A stretch of DNA of 64,000 nt from Sphyrna mokarran (lineage: Eukaryota). Of this stretch, positions 24,601-36,039 are shown piece by piece (position 1 is the stretch's first letter; every line of letters starts with the position of its first letter). The stretch covers positions 14,632,001 through 14,696,000 of the forward strand of contig JAGIQG010000022.1 of NCBI GenBank assembly GCA_024679065.1, read 5' to 3'. The notes beneath the pieces were generated by a model. That model did no database searches and was not told the DNA's origin. It saw only the letters and a program-made list of their open reading frames with translations. The position numbers and the translations under genes were made by a program.

Positions 24601-27600
24601 TTTTAATGGTAAAACAGGAAATGCCTGTAATGAATAACCCAATGTCATGACCAGGGCAGCTGCAGCTCTGAAGCAAGCAATTACAGTGAATGGATCTTAT
24701 ATAGTGTTTTTTTTCCCTCCAAAATAGTCATTTCACTCAAAAATATAAAAGAATCTCACAAGACCTCTAATTTTCAGGTTATGCTTAACCTTTATCAATA
24801 ATGCTTTAAAAAAACTGATGCAACAGTTTGAGGGATAGATGGATTGCACGATGAAACATTCACTAATAAAAACCATAGAATCCACATCTTCGAACCAATG
24901 CTTTGTTTTTTATTACCATTACCACTCCATTTGTATTTTGTTCCATGGCATCAATTTACCCCACCCTCAAACACATCCCTGACCTTCCTTTGTTCTTCAA
25001 CTGAACCCATTTCACTGTATTAAACCCATTGCTTCTTTTCAGTTCCACAGTCGTACAGACTCAAAACATTAACTCTGTTTCTCCTCCACACACGATACAG
25101 GCCTGCTGAGTATTTGCAACACTGTTTTGTAGTTCAGACCTCCAGATTAAGGATTAGCCACAATGATATTATAAATGGTATTAAATATTTAAAATTACCT
25201 GCAAGTAGCTTCGACTGTTTCTTGGTCTGTACAAGAAGGTTTAGTGGTACTGCTTGAGGTGCGGCCATCGCTTCCTTCACACGGTTTAGGCTTCTCTATG
25301 AATTCAACTATTAGGCAATAGATCATTAAATATAGTTCTGTGAACCTTCCTCGCTACATTCTCTTTGCAACGTAATTTAAAATTATAGTTGTTCTAAAAT
25401 TGACAACTAACAACCCCAGCTACAAATCAAATTACAAAATGGCATCACATCTCTGACATTATAATCTCATCCATACATGCAAATAAAGACATTTGTTTCA
25501 TTGTGCTTCAAAGCCAACTGCACTCTCATTCAAGAGCACAACTGCCCGATAGAGGTAACATAATCATAGAATCTCCACACTACAGAAGGAGAACATTCAA
25601 CCCATCAAATCTGCACTAACTCTACTACAGTAACTCACCCAGGGCTAACCCCCATGTATTTACCCAACTAATCCTCCTAACTGTGGGACACTTGGAGGCA
25701 ATTTACCATGATTAATGCCCCTAACCTACATATTAATGATTGCATGGCTTTCCTCCAGGTGCTCCAGTTTCCTCCCACAGTCCAAAAGACATGCTTGTTG
25801 GATGTATTGGCCATGCTACCCAAAAAAGTCTGTGTATCCGAACAAGAGCCAGACTGTGGCAACAAGGGGATTTTCACAGTAACTTCATTGCAGTGTTATT
25901 GTAAGCCTACTTGTAACAATAATAAAACAAACTAAACTGTGACTTTTTGAATTATAGTTATTGTTGTAACAAATTTGGGCACAACAAACCCCAATGTGGC
26001 AATGGTAAGCACTTGATGCCATTTCAGATTGAACATGAAATGGTGGTAGTGAATTGCCTTCTCAAATTGCTAAAATTAATTAAGTGCAGGTACAGCCACA
26101 GCCACCATGCTGTCAGGGAGTGAGTTCTGCAATTTGACCCAAGATCAGTGAACGCATGGCAATATAATTCCATGTCAAGATTGCATAGTTTGGAAGGCAA
26201 CTTGGAGGTGGCTTTCCCATGCCACTAAAAATTAGAAAAGGTCAGAAATCTGAAATAAAAGCAGAAAATGCTCAGAAATGTTTGGCACCATCTGAAGGCA
26301 GCACAGTTGCTAGTGCTGCCACCTCACAGCATCAGGGACCCAGGTCCGATTCCCGGCTTAGGCCACTGTCTGTGCAGAGTCTGCATGTCAGAATCGATGG
26401 GCTGAACAGCCTCCTTCTGCATCATAAGTATTCTATTGTTCTAACATTTGGGATCTGTAACCTTTCATTAGAATTGAATCAGACTTGAAATTTTAATTAG
26501 CTTTTTTTTTTAAACAAATGCTGCCAGTCCTATTGATATTTCTCACATTTTCTTTAGGCCACTTTCTGTTCTGGTGGTTAGTTGCGAAGAGAAAGTTGGT
26601 TAGGTTACTGAGAATTTGCCTATTTTTAAAATGAAAGACTGACATTTAGATAGCATCCTCAATAACCTCAGGATATGCTAAAGCACTTTACAGCCAATGA
26701 AACTGAATAGCTACTATTGTAACATAGCAACAGCAAATTTGGGTTTTTTTAGTGTTACAAGTAGGTTTACATTGACATTGCAATGAAGTTACTATGAAAT
26801 TCCCCCAATTGCCACATTCCAGCACCTGTTCGGTTCACTGAGGGAGAATTTCACATGACCAATGCACCTAACCTGACAGCTCACATGAGCATCAAAGTGA
26901 GAATGGCTGGATAATCTACATGAGCTGGCTGACAGATGAACATTAGTCAGGGCACGTGATAATTCCCCTGCTCTCATCCAAATTTGACATCCACCTGAAA
27001 GGAGAAACATGGCCTTGGTATAGTATCTCATTCTACAAGACAGCACTACCAATAGTGCAATACCCCCATAGTGCCCAGACTGGGAGATGTGGGGTTCTAT
27101 AGAAGCCCCATCAGACTCAAAACATTAACTCATAACATATAGTCCCTATAGTGCAGGTGGTGGCCATTTAGCCTGCACCAACGTCAATCCCACCCAGGCT
27201 CAATTCCCACAGCACCACATATTTATCCCTGCTAATCCTCCTGATACTAAGGGGGCAATTTAGTACAGCCAATTAACTGAACCCACACAACTTTAGGCCT
27301 TTAATATTATTCCTAAGGTTTTCCTAAAACCCGCCTATCCCACCATTCAAAACAGGACACCGTGGGAATAAGGACAACCTCATTAGCTAAAATAGCAGTA
27401 AAATCTGGTAGATGTAGGTACCTATGGTCACCTCGGCTAATGCTAATGGCTGTGCGCCCGGAGGGGACCCACTTTTCTCCACATTTTTGCTGCCAGACCC
27501 GCTTCGCCTTTCCAGAATGTTCTGTTTTTTTATTTATTATTAGTGCCACAAGTAGGCTTACATTAACACTGCATGGAAGTTACTATGACAACCCCCTATT

Positions 27601-27822
27601 TCACTGCACCGCGGGGGGGGGGGGGGGAAATGACAGCCTGGATTCTTATGCTCAAGTCTGAGGGCGGGACTCGAACCCAGCACCGAGACACTGCTGCCTA
27701 GGGTTTTCCATGATGATTCGTCGTTTACCACAGTCGGTGGGAAATAAGTCCAGATCCAGAGCCAGCAGCTCCTCATCACTCAACTCCTGCTGCACCGTCC
27801 CAGTAAGGTCCGTCCCCATCAT
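15210..27822 (-). CDS. EXO5: Exonuclease V (EXO5/DEM1), 405 aa: join(27822..27729, 25307..25199, 24524..24259, 22432..22328, 20981..20809, 15680..15210)
   Basis: Exon lengths 94+109+266+105+173+471 = 1218 nt; all introns GT-AG and in frame. Motifs: [14 protein letters not shown] (Fe-S Cys), [32 protein letters not shown] (RecB-family nuclease core), [17 protein letters not shown] (three Fe-S Cys). Confidence 0.95.
17357..17503 (-). pseudogene. Duplicated pseudo-exon: copy of the EXO5 intron 4 end plus the 5' part of exon 5
   Basis: 17357-17489 aligns ungapped with 20911-21043 (18 mismatches in 133 bp by hand count). The acceptor AG is kept; CGG has become TGA at 17414-17416. Confidence 0.9.
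18530..19277 (+). mobile_element. Decayed LINE 3' end, donor of the second SINE family's tail
   Basis: Degenerate C-terminal RT-region sequence and GGGATGG..AATAAA..CTGGCCTAGCCAGC tail. Confidence 0.65.
20809..20981 (-). CDS. EXO5: EXO5 coding exon 5 (catalytic motifs)
   Basis: tgtacAG ... CAA|GTAAGT; encodes RELPVFG..GVVDEL..ELKTR. Confidence 0.95.
21205..22220 (+). mobile_element. CR1-like LINE fragment interrupted by a solo LTR
   Basis: [21 protein letters not shown]-like and RGHRF motifs, plus tail. Confidence 0.8.
21387..21586 (+). mobile_element. Probable 200-bp solo LTR
   Basis: Ends TGTTAG...CTAACG (one change from CTAACA); AATAAA at 21520; interrupts otherwise collinear CR1 sequence. 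Confidence 0.65.
22328..22432 (-). CDS. EXO5: EXO5 coding exon 4 (not in the ORF track)
   Basis: tgttttAG ... G|GTATGT; encodes [35 protein letters not shown]. Confidence 0.93.
24259..24524 (-). CDS. EXO5: EXO5 coding exon 3
   Basis: Poly-T acceptor cctcAG, donor G|GTAACT; encodes [32 protein letters not shown]. Confidence 0.93.
25199..25307 (-). CDS. EXO5: EXO5 coding exon 2 (linker)
   Basis: TAG acceptor, AG|GTAATT donor, open frame; phase 1->2 exactly bridges exons 1 and 3. Confidence 0.75.
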
Positions 27823-28400
27823 CGGCCCTCCTGTGACTTCCGGCCCAGCGTTGGTGTCCGTCCCCGGGCAACTTCCGGCTGAGGGTTAAGGTCCATCTCC
27901 ATTAATGGACCGCCCCGGCGACACAAGCGCTCGCGCTCAGAAATCCGTTCCGGGTTAAAGTCCTGCCGCACAAAAAAAAATGAATTGGTACATTCCAATG
28001 CCCACAGTCCCTCCTAACTCCGACTCCTAACCCACCGGCCGATATCACGAACCCAAAAACCTGGCATGGGAAGCAGAAACTCGCATTTTGAAGCCTCCGC
28101 GCGGTAAGGGGGCGGGGGCGGGGGCGGGGCGCACAGCCTCGCACTGTCCGCGGATTGATACATGAATCAAGCTGAAGCCAGGCTTCAGAAGATAAATGCA
28201 GTCAGGAGCGAAACTGTTTGGGGCCTGGTTAACTAATACAATCACCGAGAGTTCTTGGCAATTGTTATTTTTCAATCGGCGCTCTCTTTCGTGTATTTCG
28301 TAGCGGAACTATGTTCTGAGGTGGATGTGTCTTTGTCTGCTGAGAGGAGGGGAAGAGGCGTCTCCATGACAACGCGTCACTGGGAGGCCAAGGTGATTGA
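27600..28400. promoter_or_regulatory. CpG-rich bidirectional promoter for EXO5 and LIAT1
   Basis: High CpG density; ETS ACTTCCGG at 27836 and 27871; tandem GC boxes at 28108-28130; RFX X-box-like GTCTCCATGACAAC at 28360-28373; divergent ATGs at 27822 (-) and 28979 (+). Confidence 0.75.
27729..27822 (-). CDS. EXO5: EXO5 coding exon 1
   Basis: [31 protein letters not shown] resembles the acidic EXO5 N-terminus; donor G|GTAAAC; lies in the CpG-rich region. The start could be either ATG (27822 or 27819). Confidence 0.75.
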
Positions 28401-28978
28401 AAGGAGGGATGCATGAGGGAGCTGGAGAGACAGAGCTTGTGGGGGGCTAGAGACAGGGCTTAATGACTTAAAACATATATGTAGAGAGAGAGAGAAAGGA
28501 AAATATAATTCAGGCTGGGAAAAGAATAAGAAAAAAGTAATAGACTAAAGAAGAGGCAATATGGAATAACCATGGGGTACAAGATGACCTGTCTGCTATA
28601 GGTGAGAGCAAATTGCTTCAAAGCACACAGAGGAAAAGACCAAACAAGGATATATTATGTATGAATAGCACTCCATAACCTTAAAGAAATTAGAGGAAAG
28701 ACCACAGATCTGTATCCAGGCAACTTGGAGAAGAAAAAGCATTAAAATTTGTCAGTACTCTCTCCTTCGAAACCTGCTGTGGACTGCCCTGGAGAAGCAG
28801 TGACTTGCAGTGGGGTATTAGTGCATCCAAATATTCTTTTGACTTCTTCCTACCTTTTGGAAGATGTTTACCATACTGTGAAAATGAAGCCAAAGTATCA
28901 ATTTAAAAAAAAAGGAGAGTAGAATTTATAAAAATCAGATGGAAAAATTACAGGTTAAGAAAGTTCATTAGTTGATTA

Positions 28979-29156
28979 ATGATGGAAGACAAAACACCAG
29001 CCAGCAAACATAAGACGGCCTCGGCCCCAACTCTGCCTGTTGGCTCAGCAGAAAAGAAGAAAGTTAAGAAAAAGAGATGCAAGGAGAAGAAGAAATCCTC
29101 TAAGGTGGGAAGAAATTCTTTAAGTACGCCATCGACTTCAGAAGAGACTGTTTCGG
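28979..29156 (+). CDS. LIAT1: LIAT1 coding exon 1
   Basis: In-frame TGA just upstream of the ATG; donor TCGG|GTAGGG is phase 1, as exon 2 requires. Confidence 0.75.
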
Positions 29157-32100
29157 GTAGGGCAAATTTAAAATTTGTATCTGGATTATTAAAATCAAAA
29201 CACATGAAATATACATTCTACAAGTATACATAATCTTTAAAACAGCTAATTACAGAAAGCTGCAATGCAAATAGATTGGTATACTTATAGAATGTGTATT
29301 TCTTCTGTGATGAAGGAGACAACATTTTGGACTTTGCACTTCTTTAGGAATGTAGAAGTCTATTATTGGCATCAAAAGGGGGCAAAAGGAGAGAAACAAT
29401 ATTTTAAAAAATGGGCACCACAGATGAAATTCTAATGGAGTGATCAGTTGGAAGTTATCTGTAAAGAAGCATTTAAAAAAAAGACATAAAGAACAGCTGA
29501 TGGGAAGCCTAAAGAGAAAGGTGAGAAAATTGGAGAAAAATTTGATAAAAGTTTGGAGTGAAACTACTGGGTCATCCAGCCTGAAACTCAGATAGAATAG
29601 GTCACCAGGGAAGTACAGCCTCCTACTCATTAGCGCTCTGATCATAGAGCTGCATTCACCCAAAATACCAACTCATCTCCCATCTCATCAGGCATCAATC
29701 AACCTGCAATGTGCGAACACGTTTGTTTAAGTTTTGTTTTCAGTTTTGCTTTTATTTCACCAATGTTGATTTTTCCTCAACTTCCATTTTTCCTGGAAAT
29801 GTATGAATAGATTAAACAGAAACTCCAGAGGGCACAACTATACTCTTCAACCTGGGGAAGATCCAAAATCATAGAATTACGGATTAGTACAGCACAGAAG
29901 GAGATCTTCCTGCTCATTTATCCTTTGCCAGTAAAGGCACTAGGGATGGGCAATAACTGCTGGCCAGCCAGAAAGGCCCATGTCCTGCGAATGAATTAAA
30001 AAAAAACTATCTAGTTAAACCCACTTTCCTGCTGTTTCTCCGCAATAGGTTGTTTTTTTTTTCTCCCAGTCTTTCTGCACATTAGAAGGGGTGACGTCCT
30101 TCTCCTCCCATATCATATGTGCTGAAGCTGATAGGTCCTTTATTTCGAGTCGAGATCCCAGGGCATAGGCGCTGGTTTGCACAACTTGCTACTTTGGAAT
30201 TGTAAATGAGAGTTGCAGAGTTATGGCAGACGAGCCCTGTTGGTGAACACAAGTCCCACTCGCCTGGTGAAGGGGCAGTGCTCCAAAAGCTTGTGTTATC
30301 AAATAAACCTGTTGGATTTTAGCCTAATGTTGTGAGACTTATGTGCTTACCCCAGTTTGATGCTGGCATCTCTACATCACATTCATTTTGACATGTATGT
30401 GTAGCTTGGCAGGAGATCAACAGCACTAGACCTTACAAACATCTCCACTTTTTGAACACTGTCTGATCCACTTCCACCACTCAATCAGGTAGTACGTTCC
30501 CAATCCTGACCAAGTATTGCATATAAAATCCTTTTCCTATGTTGCCCCTGGTTCAACCACTTGTGCTGTGGTTATCGTCTCTTCAGCCATGAGAAACAGT
30601 TTCTCTTTGTTTACTGTATCTGAATCTTTCATGAATTTTAAAGCCTTTTTCAAATCTTTTCACTTTTTCAACTCCAAGGAGGACAATCCCAGTTTCTCCA
30701 ATCTAATCACATAATTGCAATCCCTCATCTTCTGCAACTCCTTGGAAGCCTTCACGAGCTGCAGTCAGCTTCCCAGTAAATCACATTTTCTGGCACTGTA
30801 GCAATAAGGCTATCTGAATTCTATATCATATTGCAAACATATGGATAACTGTAAACCCGATTACTTATTGCATTAAGATTCTAGGCAAAAGAATAATTCA
30901 AACTGGTTTCCAAACAGCTCCATGTTTGTTTATTTAAAGGTAATATAGCTCCCTGTGTACTACAGTTTTCTACAAAGAACTGGGATAATGACAATAAATC
31001 ATTGAACCCCTACAGTGCAGGAGGAGGCCATTTAGCCCATTAAATCTGCACCCAACACACTCCCACCTAGGCCCCATCCCCACAATCCCACTTATTTACT
31101 TTGCTAGTTCCCCTGATACTAAGTGGCAATTTATCATGGCCAATCCACCTAATCTGCACATCTTTGGACAGTGGGAGGAAACCAGAGCACCCAGAGGAAA
31201 CCCACACAGACACAAGAAGAAAATGTAAACTCCATACAGATGGTGACCCATAGGTCCATGGCACTATGAGGCAGCAGTGCTAACTACTGTGCCATCATGC
31301 ACACTTAAATGTGATATCAACTTATGTGTATTTAAACAAGTTTTTCCATTTTGGATAAGAGCTGGAATTTTGATATGGAAAGCCTCACAGAACCCGGATT
31401 CATTCTGTTCAGTGCAAACACCTTAATCAAATTTTAATCTCTTCTTGTTAGTGAATAATGAAAAGCTGCATTACTTAGACGGCAAATAGGAATGAATGCA
31501 GCCAAATTCTTACGGAAGGGGTTATTTTACTGCAGTTTGAATGGATTCCAATAGATGGCATCCTGTGACTACAAACTGTCATGATGAAGAGATGCCGGCG
31601 TTGGACTGGGGTAAACTCAGTAAAGTTTGACAACACCAATTTTAAATCCAACCAATTTATTTGATAGTAAATCAGCGAGCTTTCGACTTTTCGTCTTCGT
31701 CAGGCAAATGCAGTGTTCTGGTCTGCATTTACCTGACGAAGACGAAAAGTCGAAAGCTCGCTGATTTACTATCAAATAAATTGGTTGGATTTAAAATTGG
31801 TGTTGTCAAACTTTACTACAAACTGTAACAAGCGTAAGAAATAGTTTTCTGCTGCCTGGAATAGAATTGCCTAATCCTGATGTAAATGCTGTGACATTTC
31901 CCTTACTATGAAACAGAACAAATGGGAGAGACGATGGCTTAGTCATCACTAGCCTATTAATCTAGAAACTTAGCCAATGTTCTGGGGACCCAGGTTCGAA
32001 TCCCACCACGGCAGATGGTAGACTTTGAATTCAATTTTAAAAATCTGGAATTAATCTACTGATGATCATGAAACCATTGTCGATGGTTGGAAAAACCCAT

Positions 32101-33606
32101 CTGTTCACTGATGTCCTGTAGGAAAGGAAATCTGCCAAGCTTACCTGGACTGACTGGCATGTGACTCCAGAGCCACAGCAATGTGAGTGACTCTTAACTG
32201 CCCCTCAAATGGCCTAGTAAGCCATATGGGCAATAAATGCTGGCCATCCAGTGATGCCCAGGTCCCACAAATGATTTAAAAAAAAAATACATATCTGGAA
32301 ATAATTTACAGAACCACAGGGTTTGTGTGGTATCACTGGCCATGTTTGTAAATGGCAGCTGATCCACAAGACTGAATTCTAATCTAATTTGCTCCCAATC
32401 TTATTTGATTATAATATACATAAGTTAGCTGCATTACGTATATTATGAATTCCAGTCTTGCACAAAAAATAATTATGATATCAGTCACTCGTGCAGTTTT
32501 CTCATTGTGGTAAATTGATGATTTATGTAGGACAAATTGGGAACATGATCAGTTGCCGGTGAAAGAGATGGAATTACTATTTTTCAGTACTTTATTTCAA
32601 ACATTTTGGAGTGTCATTAGCAGATATCTCAGGAAGGTTGCTTGTGTACCTTCTCATTTGGATACGGAACAAATATTTTATAATCGGGAGACAAATCGGG
32701 GGATGATGGCAGTGAAAGAGTTAAAAATGACAGCACAATAATGCAACCTCAGAAAATACATTGTTACGTAGTTGAACAATGTGGTTAGATGCAGATTCAT
32801 CAAGGTTTTCTCCACATGCCTGTTCCCTGATCTCAGTGAGATGAGGGCCATGAACAAAAGCCAACAAGTACAAAATGTTGAGCGGATACAACACTACATA
32901 TCATAGTCATATATATGGGACAGTCTCCTGCCTGCCTTATGCAGAGCAAATAAAGGGATAGCTACATTGCAATAAAATCTTCATTCTTTTAATGATAACG
33001 AATTTTGACCCTAAAACCAACAGGGTTTCCTTAATCACAGTAATCTGAGTTATTGGTATCTGCTTCTACTAACCTGTTTAACAAAATGACCAAACTCTTC
33101 AAATCTGCTGTCTCTTTGTCATCAGTCATGCTGCCCAACTCCTAACATTTCCTGTCTCTCTAGCTCATAAACATGGGAAAAGCAGCAAACGCCATTCACA
33201 TTCTGCAAGTTCAAACATTGAAATGCCAGTTAGCCAAGGGGATACCAAGAAAAGTCCCAAGCCTTTGGATACCAGCAAGAAAGCTGATGAAAATCAGGAT
33301 ATGGGCAGTGGCGCCTTTCATTCTGTAGATCTCCTTGCTACCTCAATAAACGAGACTCTACGGTGGGATGGAGTTCTTGAAGATCCCGTGGCAGAAGAGG
33401 AAAGGATCAAGCTTTACAAGCTAAAACGGCAGCTGAGGTATCTGGCTGCCCAGAAGAGTGCATGCAAGGATGCCCAATTTTGCAAACAGGAGTTTTCTAA
33501 TATTCAGCCTCAAAAAGAGAATCCATATGCCATCAGCAGTAAAATATTACAGAAGCTAACCACAAAGGATCACTCTAATTCTTATTTTGTGGGCCAAAGG
33601 TCCTAA
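28979..33606 (+). CDS. LIAT1: LIAT1 (C17orf97, ligand of ATE1), 206 aa: join(28979..29156, 33164..33606)
   Basis: Lys-rich tract EKKKVKKKRCKEKKK in exon 1; Liat1 domain NETLRWDGVLEDPVAEEERIKLYKLKRQLRY in exon 2; phase-1 GT-AG intron; tail-to-tail with RFLNB as at human 17p13.3. Confidence 0.88.
30200..30380 (+). mobile_element. Penelope-like pLTR fragment (family B), single arm with tail
   Basis: Degenerate CTGGTGA-AGGGGCAGTGCTCC-AAAAGC core, AATAAACCTGTTGGA, and CCCCAGT..GGCATCTC tail. Confidence 0.7.
31580..31817. mobile_element. Penelope-like pLTR-derived palindrome (family B) with hammerhead-like core
   Basis: Arms 31619-31713 and 31723-31817 are 94/95 complementary; 39-nt unpaired tail; 12-bp direct repeat ACTACAAACTGT at 31568 and 31815. 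Confidence 0.85.
33164..33606 (+). CDS. LIAT1: LIAT1 coding exon 2
   Basis: Acceptor ttcctgtctctctAG with ctaac branch point; open frame to TAA at 33606; contains the Liat1 domain. Confidence 0.9.
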
Positions 33607-34159
33607 CTCCAAATTTCAAAGTTGCCTGAGCCAGAATCCCAGTCCATGCTCTTCCAATCCCAAAATGTTCCTTGCAGTTATAAATTTACAAACATAAGCA
33701 CGAATGTGGTTTGAATTCCCCTTTCTATATGGTTCCTTAAATCCTATAAAAGAAAACCTTTAACCAGCCAGATCAATATGTTTCAAACCACATTGTTTTT
33801 ATTGTTTCAGAATGTTGACCAGTGCTCTTTTTAATAATTTGAGACGATCTATTAGGCACTGGCACTTCAACACTCTGTAAGCAAAAGATATTCTAATCTG
33901 AGTGAAGAAAAATATAAGAGATTTGAATCTGAGTGTGTTTCCTTTTTTGGAGGAAAGTAACTAAGATCTTTGTATCTGAAATGGTTATATATTCCATTAT
34001 CATCATCTGGTAAAATACAATTGGCATTTAAACCTATAATTTCTCAGGGTAACGGGTTTTTCTTTCATGCAAATTCAGACCAAACCATCCTTGTTGAGAT
34101 GCTTGAACATGTTCTGTATGTGTAATTTATAACCCTTTGGAGATTGAAATAGACCTGAA

Positions 34160-34800
34160 AACCATAAGGCATGGGAGCTAAATTTGGTCACTCGGCCCAC
34201 CAAGTCTGCTCCGCCATTCAACCATGGCTGACATTTTTCTCATTCCCATTTTCCTGCCTTTTCCCCATAAACCCTGATCCCCTTATCAATCAAGAACCGC
34301 TCTATCGCTGTCTTAAAGACACTCAATGACCTGGCCTCCAAAGCCTTCTGTGGCAAAGAGTTCCACAGATTCACCACTCTGACTGAAGAAATTCTTCCTC
34401 ATCTCGGTTTTAAAGGATTGTTCCTTTAGTCTGAAGTTGTGACCTCTGTTTCTAGTTTTTCTTACTAGTGGAAACATGCTCTCCGTGTCCACTCTATCCA
34501 TGTCTCGTTGTATCCTGTAAATTTCAATGATAGCACTCCCCCATACTTCTAAACTATAGAGTCCTTAACCATTCCTTATACGACAAGATCTTCATTCCAG
34601 GGATCATTCTTGTAAACCTCCTCTGGATCCTTTCCGAGGCTAGCACATATTTCCTTAGAAAGAGCCCAGAATTGTTCACAATACTCCAAATGGGTCTGAC
34701 CAGACCCTTATACAACCTCAGAAGTACATCCCTGCTCTTATATTCTAGCCTTCTTGACATGAATGCTGACATTGCATTTGCCTTCCTAACTGTCCACTGT
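34160..34800 (-). mobile_element. CR1-like LINE 3' fragment
   Basis: VRKANAM..EYKSRDVLLRLYK.LVRP and RGHN motifs, plus tail. Confidence 0.85.
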
Positions 34801-36039
34801 CTGGCCATGAAGTTTTCCTGCCTGGTGAGTGCAAGTGTAAAATGGTGAGAATTTGATTTTATGGTGGAGTAAAGTGCAGTGATTCCTGCAATTTCTCTTA
34901 AATTGAGTGGGGATGAGGGCAAGATTCAGCAATGGCTCCTGGACCACAGCAGTGAAAAATCATACAGGAAGCCATCTCTGGCCACACATCTTTTTATAAC
35001 CATTCCAGGTATCACATTGACAATACACTGAACTGGGTCATCCTTCACTGCTCTCTCAGATTGCCTGTGATTGATTAAATAGGTGAAATTATGACCACTT
35101 TTATTAAGTCACTTTAGCAACTGAAAAATCCACCAGCTAGCGATGTGGATGCAAAGATGAAAAGAATTTATTCTGTGATGTTGCGCTGAAGCACAGAGCA
35201 TGTTTAGCATACCAAGAACACCATTTTGTATTCTAGTGAGTTAAAAAGGATTGGCAAATGCAACTTTTCTTTTTAATCATGGTTAAGAACTGACTGCAAA
35301 TGATTGCATAATTTTGCTTAGCTGAGTGAAATAATGTTGTGCTCCCAGCAAGAATCATTCAACTTTTTGAAGATGCTGCCAGATTGCACGTGCATTTCTT
35401 TTTTAGATTCAGTTTCACTCTTGTCTTCGCCAAATAGCCACATTCAAAATGCTTCCTATATCTCAGTTTACTTGAGAACGGGCTACAGGGTTCTGAGAGA
35501 AGGCAGACACTATTTCAAATGTAAACAGGTTTCATTAAAAAAACAGCATTGAAAAGATATATTGTGTGCTGAAAATAAAAGAATTGTCAATATCAACATT
35601 GCTATGTATACATTTAAACTTACTGCAAATTTCAAATGATTGTACATTCATATTTATTTATGCAGATGTCTCTCAAATTACTTTACTAGAAAATGCTGTC
35701 AGCTGTGGAGTTTTTTTTAAACCATTCTTTATACCACAATTCCTGATTTTATTTTTGTCAAATAATCAACAACTCAATCTGTAGTTTCATTGGACTTCCC
35801 TCTGCAAACACGTGTGTGAGCTATGCAACTAATTAGAGGATACTACAAGAAGCAAGACCCCCATTTCCATGCTGACCCAATCAACTACAGCACACCCCTT
35901 TTAACAAAAGAAAGCAAAGAATTTTCAAAATTATTCTCACCATCAAAGGACAAGTGAAAGGGATTATGTGTCTTGGAAGGACCTTTTATGTAGATATAGG
36001 TACAGTATTGAATCTCATCCTATTTGACCCTCAGCAGAG

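Noticed and set aside
24131-24676. 181-aa ORF as a stand-alone gene
   Set aside because: Only 24259-24524 is EXO5 exon 3; the flanks are intronic read-through past clear splice sites.
28360-28400. MHC-type X1-X2-Y module (CCATGACAAC-GCGTCA...GTGATTGA)
   Set aside because: X1-X2 spacing is shorter than the canonical module, the Y box lacks ATTGG, and it is 18 kb from the tapasin-like gene. Only the palindromic X-box was kept.
29102-29110. Alternative LIAT1 donor AAG|GTGGGA
   Set aside because: Phase 0, incompatible with the phase-1 acceptor at 33164.
29250-29663. 137-aa - strand ORF and Lys-rich + strand stretch in the LIAT1 intron
   Set aside because: Compositionally biased, stops in the + frame, no convincing splice sites and no recognisable domain.
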